Assembly: GCA_900545805.1 (NCBI GenBank)
Contig: URAL01000003.1
Location: 1,101 to 65,100, forward strand
Length of the DNA stretch: 64,000 bases
DNA from: an uncultured Eubacteriales bacterium
GTDB lineage: Bacteria; Bacillota; Clostridia; Oscillospirales; Oscillospiraceae
Direction: 5' to 3'
Below are positions 7,415 to 14,880 of the stretch, in pieces (the first letter of the stretch is position 1; each line of letters begins with the position of its first letter). A program made the position numbers and the translations under genes. The notes under the pieces are model-generated. The model saw only the letters and a list, made by a program, of their open reading frames with translations. It searched no databases and had not been told where the DNA came from.

Positions 7415-9409
7415 ATGACTAAAACCACCGCAGGATACGGTAACGACAGTATATCACAGCTCAAGGGAGCGGACAGAGTCAGAAAACGCCCGGGCGTTAT
7501 TTTCGGCTCTGACGGGCTTGACGGCTGCCAGCACGCCGTGTTTGAGATACTTTCAAACTCTATAGATGAGGCACGCGAGGGCTACGGCAATGTTATAACG
7601 CTCACGCGCTACGCCGATAAATCAATTGAGATAGAGGACTTCGGCCGAGGCTGCCCGATGGATTGGAACGCAAAAGAAAAGCGCTTTAACTGGGAGCTCG
7701 TTTTCTGCGAACTGTACGCTGGCGGCAAGTACGCAAATAATGAGGGCGAAAACTATGAGTACTCCCTCGGACTTAACGGTCTCGGCTCGTGTGCTACGCA
7801 GTATTCGTCCGAGTATATGGATGTCACCGTCTGGCGCGACGGCAATAAGTATGAGCTGCACTTTAAAAAGGGTAAGGTCGTCGGCAAAAAAGGTCAGGAA
7901 CTGACAGTGAGTCTGTCCGACCGCAAAAAGACCGGCACAACGATAAAATGGCGTCCTGACCTTGAAGTCTTTACGGATATCGACATACCGGAGGAATTTT
8001 TCAAGGACACACTGCACCGTCAGGCCGTCGTGAACGCCGGGGTCACCTTCCGCTTCCGAAACCAGAACGGCAATAAATTTGACGTAACGGAGTATGTCTA
8101 TCAAAACGGCATCCTCGACTATGTAAGCGAGATCGCCCACGATTCGCCGCTTACATCGCCCTATTTCATAAGTGCCGAGCGCCGCGGCAGGGACAGAGAG
8201 GACAAGCCCGAATACAAGGTCAAGCTCTCGGCCGCTTTCTGCTTTTCTAACAAGGTCAAGGCAATAGAATACTACCACAACTCATCCTGGCTGGAATACG
8301 GCGGCGCACCGGAGAAGGCCGCGCGCAGCGCGTTTGTATATGCAATCGACGCATACATAAAAAAGATCGGCAAGTATCAGAAAAACGAGAGCAAGATAAT
8401 TTTTCAGGATGTTGCCGACTGCCTGGTTCTCGTAACAAACTGCTTCTCTACTCAGACCTCGTATGAAAACCAGACGAAGAAGGCAATAACCAACCGCTTC
8501 ATTCAAGAAGCGATGACCGACTTTTTCAAGGAAAAGCTCGAGGTATACTTCATCGAAAACAAGTCCGATGCAGATAAGATAGCCGAGCAGGTGCTTGTAA
8601 ATAAGCGCAGCCGAGAGGCGGCGGAAAAAACGCGTCAGGGCATGAAGAAAAAGCTCTCCGGCAGCATCGACATAGCAAACCGCGTGCAGAAATTCGTTGA
8701 CTGCCGCAGCCGTGATCCGGAAAAGCGTGAGATATATATCGTCGAGGGCGATTCGGCGCTGGGCGCGTGCAAGCTTTCGCGTGATGCGGATTTCCAGGGC
8801 ATAATGCCCGTGCGCGGCAAGATACTCAACTGCTTAAAGGCCGATTACGTACGCATATTCAAAAGCGATGTCATAACCGACCTTCTCAAGGTTCTCGGCT
8901 GCGGCGTCGAGGTTCAGGTTAAAGGGAAGAAGGATTTAAACGCCTTCGATATTAACAATCTGCGTTGGAATAAGGTCATAATCTGCACCGATGCCGACGT
9001 CGACGGCTTTCAGATCCGCACGCTTATACTTACTATGCTCTACCGCCTTGTGCCGACGCTCATCCGTGAGGGCTATGTCTACATTGCCGAGTCGCCGCTT
9101 TACGAGATCGAGTGCAGGGGTAAGACATATTTTGCTTATTCCGACAAGGAAAAAACCGAGATCGTTTCCGGCCTTGGCGGGGCTAAGGCGGCGATAAACC
9201 GCAGCAAGGGTCTCGGCGAGAACGATCCGGACATGATGTGGATGACGACGATGAATCCGGAGACTCGCCGCCTTATAAAGGTCATGCCGGAGGAGGCCGA
9301 GCGCATGTCTCAGATGTTTGATCTGCTGCTTGGAGACGATCTTGCAGGCCGCAAAAATCACATTGCCGAGAACGGCTATCTGTATCTGGATATGGCCGAT
9401 ATCTCATGA
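7415..9409 (+). CDS. type IIA DNA topoisomerase subunit B (ParE/GyrB family)
   Basis: 664 aa with GHKL ATPase motifs (LKGADRVRKRPGVIFGS, EILSNSIDEA), the Toprim EGDSA...PVRGKILN, and DADVDG. Confidence 0.9.
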   Translation: MTKTTAGYGNDSISQLKGADRVRKRPGVIFGSDGLDGCQHAVFEILSNSIDEAREGYGNVITLTRYADKSIEIEDFGRGCPMDWNAKEKRFNWELVFCELYAGGKYANNEGENYEYSLGLNGLGSCATQYSSEYMDVTVWRDGNKYELHFKKGKVVGKKGQELTVSLSDRKKTGTTIKWRPDLEVFTDIDIPEEFFKDTLHRQAVVNAGVTFRFRNQNGNKFDVTEYVYQNGILDYVSEIAHDSPLTSPYFISAERRGRDREDKPEYKVKLSAAFCFSNKVKAIEYYHNSSWLEYGGAPEKAARSAFVYAIDAYIKKIGKYQKNESKIIFQDVADCLVLVTNCFSTQTSYENQTKKAITNRFIQEAMTDFFKEKLEVYFIENKSDADKIAEQVLVNKRSREAAEKTRQGMKKKLSGSIDIANRVQKFVDCRSRDPEKREIYIVEGDSALGACKLSRDADFQGIMPVRGKILNCLKADYVRIFKSDVITDLLKVLGCGVEVQVKGKKDLNAFDINNLRWNKVIICTDADVDGFQIRTLILTMLYRLVPTLIREGYVYIAESPLYEIECRGKTYFAYSDKEKTEIVSGLGGAKAAINRSKGLGENDPDMMWMTTMNPETRRLIKVMPEEAERMSQMFDLLLGDDLAGRKNHIAENGYLYLDMADIS

Positions 9410-9422
9410 GAGAGGATTTAAA

Positions 9423-9701
9423 ATGAAATTTGACAAAGCTCGTAATCTGGTGAAATTCCTGCTTGCCATGTGCCTGGTGTTCTGCGTTGTCGGAATAGCC
9501 GCAAGCGGCAGTCAGACGGGAGTCGTATCGACATTCATATCGGTGGCGTTTTTCGTCACGGCTTTTATAGTCATCGCGGTATACTGCAAATGCCCTAACT
9601 GCGGCAAGCGCATATATCTCGGTCTGTTCAAGGCCGTCAACTGCCCGAGATGCAGAAGAAATCTCATAACCGGCGCAAAAACAAAGGGCAAAAAGCGCTG
9701 A
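9423..9701 (+). CDS. small membrane protein with a C-terminal zinc ribbon (hypothetical)
   Basis: 92 aa from the ATG after RBS GAGAGGA. It has two hydrophobic segments, then CPNCGK-x15-CPRCRR and a lysine-rich tail. The ORF-track start at 9318 overlaps the upstream gene. Confidence 0.5.
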   Translation: MKFDKARNLVKFLLAMCLVFCVVGIAASGSQTGVVSTFISVAFFVTAFIVIAVYCKCPNCGKRIYLGLFKAVNCPRCRRNLITGAKTKGKKR

Positions 9702-9712
9702 AAGGATAGTTT

Positions 9713-11950
9713 ATGGCTAAAAAACAGGTACCCGAAAAGAAACAATTCAATAATCCCAACGTCATTGGCCTGCGCGCCGAGGTCCTTGAGCAGCCGATAA
9801 CCGAAACGCTCGAGCAAAACTATATGCCCTATGCCATGAGCGTTATAATATCCCGCGCCATTCCGGAGATAGACGGCTTCAAGCCCTCGCACAGAAAGCT
9901 GCTTTATACGATGTACAAAATGGGCCTTTTAAGCGGCGCACGAACAAAAAGCGCAAACATTGTCGGCCAGACGATGCGCCTTAATCCTCACGGCGACGCT
10001 GCGATATACGAAACGATGGTGCGCCTTTCAAAGGGCTATGACGCACTTTTGACTCCGTTTATTGACTCCAAGGGTAACTTCGGCAAGGTGTATTCGCGTG
10101 ACATGTCCTATGCCGCGTCCCGATATACCGAGGCAAAGCTGTCTCCCATATGCGCGGATATTTTCGGCGATATCGACAAGGATACCGTTGAGTTTAACGA
10201 CAACTACGACGGCAGCATGAAGGAGCCAGCACTTTTGCCGACTACCTTCCCCAATGTTCTCGTTTCGAGCAACACAGGTATCGCGGTCGGCATGGCCAGC
10301 CAGATATGCGGCTTTAATCTTGAAGAGACCTGCCGCGCTGCGATAGAGTATCTCCAGGATCCGGAGTGCGACCTGTTTCTGTTCTTGCCGGCGCCCGATT
10401 TCTCCACCGGAGGCGAGATCATCTATGACCGAGCGGAGATGGAGAATATCTATAACACCGGGCGCGGCAGCTTCAAGCTGCGCTCAAGATGGCGCTATCT
10501 GCAAAAAGAGAATATCATTGAGATCTACGAGATTCCCTATACGACGACCTCCGAGGCGATTGTCGATAAGGTTGCCGAGCTCATAAAGTCCGGCAGGGTC
10601 AAAGAGATAAACGATATGCGCGACGAAACAGACCTCAGCGGCTTGAAGCTTGCCATTGACCTTAAGCGCGGCACCGATCCCGAAAAGCTCATGCAGAAGC
10701 TTTTTAAGCTCACCCCGCTTATGGACAGCTTCCCGTGCAACTTCAATATCCTCGTTGCCGGAAATCCGCGAGTCATGGGCGTCAGGGAGATACTCAGCGA
10801 GTGGACGGCATGGCGCATAGAATGTGTCCGCCGCCGCGTGTATTTTGACCTTACAAAGAAAAAGGACAAGCTGCATCTGCTTCAGGGCCTTTCAATGATC
10901 CTTTTGGATATTGATAAGGCCATTGAGATAATCCGCAATACAGAGCTTGAAAGCGAGGTAGTTCCGAACCTGATGATGGGCTTCGGAATCGATAAGATAC
11001 AGGCCGAATATGTAGCGGAGATCAAGCTGCGCAACATAAACCGCGAGTATATCCTCAAGCGCACCGCAGAGATCGAGGAGCTTGAGCAGGCTATTGCCGA
11101 GCTTGAAGAGACGCTCAAGAGCCGCCGGAGGATAAAAAGCATTATTATCTCCGAGCTCAGGGCAATAATAAAAAAGTACCCCTCGCCGAGAAAAACAGGC
11201 ATCGTCTATGCTTCTGAGATAGAGGAGTATGTCGAGAGCGAAACGGTCGAGGATTACCCCGTGACAGTATTCCTGTCAAATGAGGGATACCTTAAAAAGA
11301 TTACCCCACTGTCCCTGCGTATGAACAGCGAGCAGAAATTTAAGGACGGTGATGCACTGCGCATGAGCTTTGAGGCGACAAATCGCACGGAGCTGCTGAT
11401 ATTCACCGACCGCCAGCAGGTATACAAGACGCGCCTTTCCGATTTTGACGACACCAAGTCCTCTGCTCTCGGCACATATCTGCCGACAAAGCTCAGCATG
11501 GATGAGGGCGAGCGAGTGCTTGAGATTATATGTCCCGGCAACTATCGTAAAAACCTTCTGCTGTTCTTTGAAAACGGCAAGGCTGCTCGCCTTGATCTTG
11601 CAAGCTACGAGACTAAGACAAACCGCAAAAAGCTCATAAACGCTTACAGCGACAAGAGTCCTCTCGCCGCAGTCTGTATGGTAGGCGAGGAGATCGACAT
11701 GGCGCTGTTCTCGTCCGACGGACGCGCTATGGTCTTTAACACAACGCTTTTGCAGCTTAAGACCAGCCGCACCACGCAGGGCGTTGCGGCAATGAACCTG
11801 AAGAAGAATCATAAGCTTGTCTCGGCGGCGCCTCTGGCGGATACCGCTATCAAAAATATTTCGCGTTACAGAGTCAGAAGCCTGCCTGCCGCCGGAGCAT
11901 TGCTCAAGGACGAGGACAGGGGAGAGACTCAAATGTCGCTTATCGACTGA
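9713..11950 (+). CDS. type IIA DNA topoisomerase subunit A (ParC/GyrA family; no GyrA-box seen)
   Basis: 745 aa with YAMSVIISRAIPEIDGFKPSHRKLLY and the catalytic Tyr in AASRYTEAKL. I found no QRRGGKG-like GyrA box in the C-terminal domain. Confidence 0.9.
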   Translation: MAKKQVPEKKQFNNPNVIGLRAEVLEQPITETLEQNYMPYAMSVIISRAIPEIDGFKPSHRKLLYTMYKMGLLSGARTKSANIVGQTMRLNPHGDAAIYETMVRLSKGYDALLTPFIDSKGNFGKVYSRDMSYAASRYTEAKLSPICADIFGDIDKDTVEFNDNYDGSMKEPALLPTTFPNVLVSSNTGIAVGMASQICGFNLEETCRAAIEYLQDPECDLFLFLPAPDFSTGGEIIYDRAEMENIYNTGRGSFKLRSRWRYLQKENIIEIYEIPYTTTSEAIVDKVAELIKSGRVKEINDMRDETDLSGLKLAIDLKRGTDPEKLMQKLFKLTPLMDSFPCNFNILVAGNPRVMGVREILSEWTAWRIECVRRRVYFDLTKKKDKLHLLQGLSMILLDIDKAIEIIRNTELESEVVPNLMMGFGIDKIQAEYVAEIKLRNINREYILKRTAEIEELEQAIAELEETLKSRRRIKSIIISELRAIIKKYPSPRKTGIVYASEIEEYVESETVEDYPVTVFLSNEGYLKKITPLSLRMNSEQKFKDGDALRMSFEATNRTELLIFTDRQQVYKTRLSDFDDTKSSALGTYLPTKLSMDEGERVLEIICPGNYRKNLLLFFENGKAARLDLASYETKTNRKKLINAYSDKSPLAAVCMVGEEIDMALFSSDGRAMVFNTTLLQLKTSRTTQGVAAMNLKKNHKLVSAAPLADTAIKNISRYRVRSLPAAGALLKDEDRGETQMSLID

Positions 11951-11960
11951 GGAGGGCGTT

Positions 11961-12827
11961 ATGAAAACAACAAAAGCGAGTGAGTATTTCGTTCAGTATG
12001 CACTTATAGTTCTGGGCTCGGCGCTGTTTGCCGCGGGCTTTCAGTTTTTCCTGTACCCCAACTCAATTATCGTCGGCGGCGTCAGCGGTATCGCGATGAT
12101 CATAAACTATCTTACGAGCCTGCCCGTCGGCGTTATGACCATCGTTCTGAATATCCCTCTTTTTATAATCGCCTGGCGGCATTTCGGTACGAAATTTATT
12201 ATTGCGTCGCTTGTCGGAATGCTGCTGTCATCCGTGCTTGTTGACCTTTTGGCGCTGGTAAAATACTGCCCGACGAATGATATGCTGCTTGCCTGCATTA
12301 TTGGCGGCGCCGTTAAGGGCCTCGGCCTCGGCATAATCTACTACGCCGGAGCTACGACCGGAGGTACGGACATAATCGCAAAATTCGTGCGCCTGAAATT
12401 CCCGTATATAAACTTCGGAACGCTCATACTGCTGACGGATGCGGTCATAATAATCGCGTTTGCAATCATCTTCAAAAAGGTCGAGGGCGCGATGTACGCC
12501 GTTATCACGATGTTCGTCGTCTCAAAGGTCATAGACCTTGTGCTCTACGGTATTGATAACTCGAGCGTCTGCTATATCATCAGCGAAAAAAGCGATCAGC
12601 TCGTAAAGGATATAACGGACAGACTGCACCGCGGCGTTACCATCCTTGAGGGTGAGGGCGCATATTCCCATCAGAATAAGCAGGTGCTGCTGTGCGTAGT
12701 AAAGCGCACTCAGATTGCCGATATCCGAAAGATCATCAAGAATATCGACGAAAATGCTTTCTTTATCATAACCGATGCAAAGAATGTTTTCGGTAAGGGC
12801 TTCGGAGATATCAGCGATAATAAGTAA
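11961..12827 (+). CDS. YitT family membrane protein (C-terminal DUF2179 domain)
   Basis: MKTTKASEYF start after RBS GAGGAGGG. The N-terminal part is polytopic, and the C-terminal part is a DUF2179-like domain (RGVTILEGEGAYS...ITDAKNVFGKGF). The upstream ORF-track extension overlaps the topo A gene. Confidence 0.8.
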   Translation: MKTTKASEYFVQYALIVLGSALFAAGFQFFLYPNSIIVGGVSGIAMIINYLTSLPVGVMTIVLNIPLFIIAWRHFGTKFIIASLVGMLLSSVLVDLLALVKYCPTNDMLLACIIGGAVKGLGLGIIYYAGATTGGTDIIAKFVRLKFPYINFGTLILLTDAVIIIAFAIIFKKVEGAMYAVITMFVVSKVIDLVLYGIDNSSVCYIISEKSDQLVKDITDRLHRGVTILEGEGAYSHQNKQVLLCVVKRTQIADIRKIIKNIDENAFFIITDAKNVFGKGFGDISDNK

Positions 12828-12853
12828 ATATTGAGGAACGAGACAAATTGTGC

Positions 12854-12881
12854 TTGACAAATCCGAGAATTGTGGTATTAT
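12854..12881 (+). promoter_or_regulatory. sigma-A promoter for tRNA-Gly
   Basis: TTGACA, a 16-nt spacer, then TGgTATTAT (extended -10), located 17 nt upstream of the tRNA 5' end. Confidence 0.7.
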
Positions 12882-12897
12882 TTATCTCGTTCCGTAT

Positions 12898-12973
12898 GCG
12901 GGCATAGCTCATCCGGTAGAGCGCCACCTTGCCAAGGTGGAGGTAGCGAGTTCGAGTCTCGTTGCCCGCTCCA
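12898..12973 (+). tRNA. tRNA-Gly (anticodon GCC), CCA encoded
   Basis: Folds by hand into a cloverleaf: acceptor GCGGGCA/TGCCCGC, D arm GCTC..GAGC, anticodon stem CCACC/GGTGG with loop TTGCCAA, and T arm GCGAG TTCGAGT CTCGT. Confidence 0.92.
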
Positions 12974-12982
12974 TAAATAAAG

Positions 12983-13008
12983 CCTCTGTCAAATGACAGA
13001 GGTTTTTT
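12983..13008 (+). terminator. intrinsic terminator after tRNA-Gly; copy 1 of a repeated hairpin
   Basis: Stem CCTCTGTCA/TGACAGAGG with loop AA, followed by TTTTTT. Confidence 0.8.
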
Positions 13009-13235
13009 CAGCGTATCAAAAAAGCCAATGGCTTTTTTGCACGCTTCAAAAACGCCACATTTTTTGTGAAAATAAATTTTCACGAAAAATCTCGCTACGC
13101 TCGTCAAAAAGTCTGATAAATCAGACATTTTTGATGGCTATAATCTGATTTCGAGCGGGGCCTTTGCCCCCTCGAGCTCCCCTGCTGCGCGGCTGTCTTT
13201 CCTCAGCAGCATAGTTTTTTGACAGTCTGATAAAA

Positions 13236-13261
13236 CCTCTGTCATTTGACAGAGGTTTTTT
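13236..13261 (+). repeat. copy 2 of the same hairpin; its loop is the reverse complement of copy 1
   Basis: CCTCTGTCATTTGACAGAGG+TTTTTT. The reverse complement matches 12983-13011 at 28 of 29 positions. Confidence 0.8.
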
Positions 13262-13283
13262 ATTGCAGGCTTTGACTGAATAT

Positions 13284-13319
13284 GAAAAAAGACAGGTTTT
13301 CGCAGAAACCTGTCTTTTT
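13284..13319 (-). terminator. intrinsic (bidirectional-type) terminator downstream of tRNA-Pro
   Basis: A-run, stem GACAGGTTT/AAACCTGTC, then a T-run, immediately 3' of the minus-strand tRNA. Confidence 0.75.
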
Positions 13320-13394
13320 GGTCGGAGTGGGGAGACTTGAACTCCCGGCCTCTTGGTCCCGAACCAAGCGCGCTACCAACTGCGCTACACCCCG
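13319..13394 (-). tRNA. tRNA-Pro (anticodon CGG), CCA encoded
   Basis: The reverse complement is CGGGGTGTAGCGCAGTTGGTAGCGCGCTTGGTTCGGGACCAAGAGGCCGGGAGTTCAAGTCTCCCCACTCCGACCA. The anticodon loop is TTCGGGA. Confidence 0.9.
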
Positions 13395-13439
13395 AAACAG
13401 CTTTTATATTATAATAAGCGAAGCTTAACTTGTCAAGGA

Positions 13440-13468
13440 TAATTTATCGCAGCCTGCCCGCATACACT
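13440..13468 (+). promoter_or_regulatory. candidate sigma-E (mother-cell) type promoter
   Basis: TAATTTA, a 14-nt spacer, then CATACACT. As I recall it, the B. subtilis sigma-E consensus is (G/T)(A/C)ATA(A/T)(A/T)-14-CATACA(A/C)T. The match is 6 of 7 and 8 of 8. Confidence 0.45.
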
Positions 13469-13485
13469 TATCCGAGGTGACAAGT

Positions 13486-14259
13486 ATGAACAGGACGCAG
13501 TTTTATATATGCTCGGCCATATTCATTGCTCTTACGATTGTGCGCGTTTCATCTCCCGCACTTGCAGATAGAATATCCGACGGAATAAGCCGGGCGCTGT
13601 ATATGGAGCAGGAGCACACCGAAACGGCTGTTGAGTTCGGGAAAAGCCTAGCCGACGGCGACGTAATAGATGCCTTTTTGGAGCGCTTTGATAAAAGCAC
13701 ACCGGCACAGCCTTCCGCCGCTGAGACATCGCCCACTCCCGCACCGACGACAACGCCGACTTCCGAACCAGCGCCGCAGCCGACCGTGCATCCGGCAGTT
13801 GCGGCATTTTTGGAATCGCAGTCGGCATATTCGGACTGCGCAGTGCCGGAATCGGTCAGCTATGAGCGTCCGGAGCTGCCGTTTGACTACGCAAGCCCCG
13901 TTTCGGGCGTTAAATCTTCAGGGTTCGGCTACCGCCTGCATCCGATAAAAAACGAGGTCAAATACCATTACGGCACAGATCTTGCCGCCGATACGGGCAC
14001 ACCGATAACGGCTTTTGCAGACGGTACGATAGTCGCTCAGGGCGACTCGGACTCGTTCGGTAAATACGTCATGATAGATCACCCCGACGGCTACCGTACA
14101 CTGTATGCGCATTGCAGCGAGCTGTGCATGAGCTGCGGCAATGTCAAAAAGGGCAGTACAATAGCGCTCGTCGGCTCAACGGGAGCGGCCACAGGCCCTC
14201 ACCTGCACTTCGAGCTCGAACGCGACGGAATATATCTGAATCCCGAATTCTACATATGA
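13486..14259 (+). CDS. M23/LytM-domain metallopeptidase, membrane anchored (in the SpoIVFA position)
   Basis: N-terminal TM segment, a Pro/Thr-rich linker, then an M23 domain with HYGTDL (HxxxD) and GPHLHFE (HxH). The alternative GTG start at 13477 is in frame. Confidence 0.8.
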   Translation: MNRTQFYICSAIFIALTIVRVSSPALADRISDGISRALYMEQEHTETAVEFGKSLADGDVIDAFLERFDKSTPAQPSAAETSPTPAPTTTPTSEPAPQPTVHPAVAAFLESQSAYSDCAVPESVSYERPELPFDYASPVSGVKSSGFGYRLHPIKNEVKYHYGTDLAADTGTPITAFADGTIVAQGDSDSFGKYVMIDHPDGYRTLYAHCSELCMSCGNVKKGSTIALVGSTGAATGPHLHFELERDGIYLNPEFYI

Positions 14260-14849
14260 GCAGCCGGTTTTCGCTGAGCCCCGGTGCAATATTCGTTTTG
14301 TCGTTCGTTTATTTTTTCGGTGGGCTGTCGAGTCTTGCGGCTGTGATGCTTTCCGCTGCTGTCCATGAAGCGGGACATGCAGCGGCAATATGCGCTTTAG
14401 ACGGAAGAATTAAACGCCTCAGCTTTGATTCCTCCGGACTGTGCATGGTCTGCTCGGGGGTGTATTCAACCGCGGGAGAGGTGCTTATTTTTCTTTCCGG
14501 ACCTCTTGCGGGGCTTGCTCTTGCATATGCCTGCGCAAAGCTCGGAAATGCGGCTGCAAATAACTTTTTGCTGCGCACAGCGGGAGTTAGCCTTGCTTTT
14601 ACGGCATACAACCTGCTGCCTGCGCTGCCGCTTGACGGCGGCAGGGCGCTTTACTGTGTGCTCTGCGCCCTTGTCGGTAAAGAACGGTGCGAAAGCAAGA
14701 TGTATTTTATAAGCATAACGGTCGCACTCGTTTTGTCCTTTCTCGGCTTATGCGCCCGCTCAACGCAGGTGGGGATAGTGCTGCTCGCATCGTCCGTGTG
14801 TCTGCTGCTCGCGCAAACGGGTATTGTAAAAAGCATGCGTATGTTGTAA
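14256..14849 (+). CDS. M50 site-2 metalloprotease, SpoIVFB-like, without a CBS domain
   Basis: 197 aa, polytopic, with HEAGH (HExxH) and NLLPALPLDGG motifs. Its ATG overlaps the upstream stop (ATGA). The ORF-track start at 14112 lies inside the M23 gene. Confidence 0.8.
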   Translation: MSSRFSLSPGAIFVLSFVYFFGGLSSLAAVMLSAAVHEAGHAAAICALDGRIKRLSFDSSGLCMVCSGVYSTAGEVLIFLSGPLAGLALAYACAKLGNAAANNFLLRTAGVSLAFTAYNLLPALPLDGGRALYCVLCALVGKERCESKMYFISITVALVLSFLGLCARSTQVGIVLLASSVCLLLAQTGIVKSMRML

Positions 14850-14880
14850 AATCAAAAAATAAATACATTTGGAGAGGTAT

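Noticed and set aside
11817-11960. Upstream-extended starts given by the ORF track. Examples are 11817, 14112, 24957, 28606, 36484, 46444, 56793, 9318, 30014 and 32033.
   Set aside because: The extensions overlap the preceding gene or a terminator and encode Arg/Cys-rich junk. In each case an internal ATG with a proper RBS gives the conserved N-terminus of the family.
12811-13128. A 105-aa minus-strand ORF spanning the tRNA-Gly gene and the hairpin spacer.
   Set aside because: It runs antisense through a tRNA and several terminator hairpins. The translation (…GAGNETRTRYLHLGKVALYRMSYA…) is just the tRNA complement.
12974-13320. Possibility that the repeated hairpins between the tRNAs are a small CRISPR array.
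   Set aside because: There are only two copies of the repeat, and they are in opposite orientation. The other palindromes are all different. There is no regular repeat-spacer periodicity, and no cas genes are in the window.
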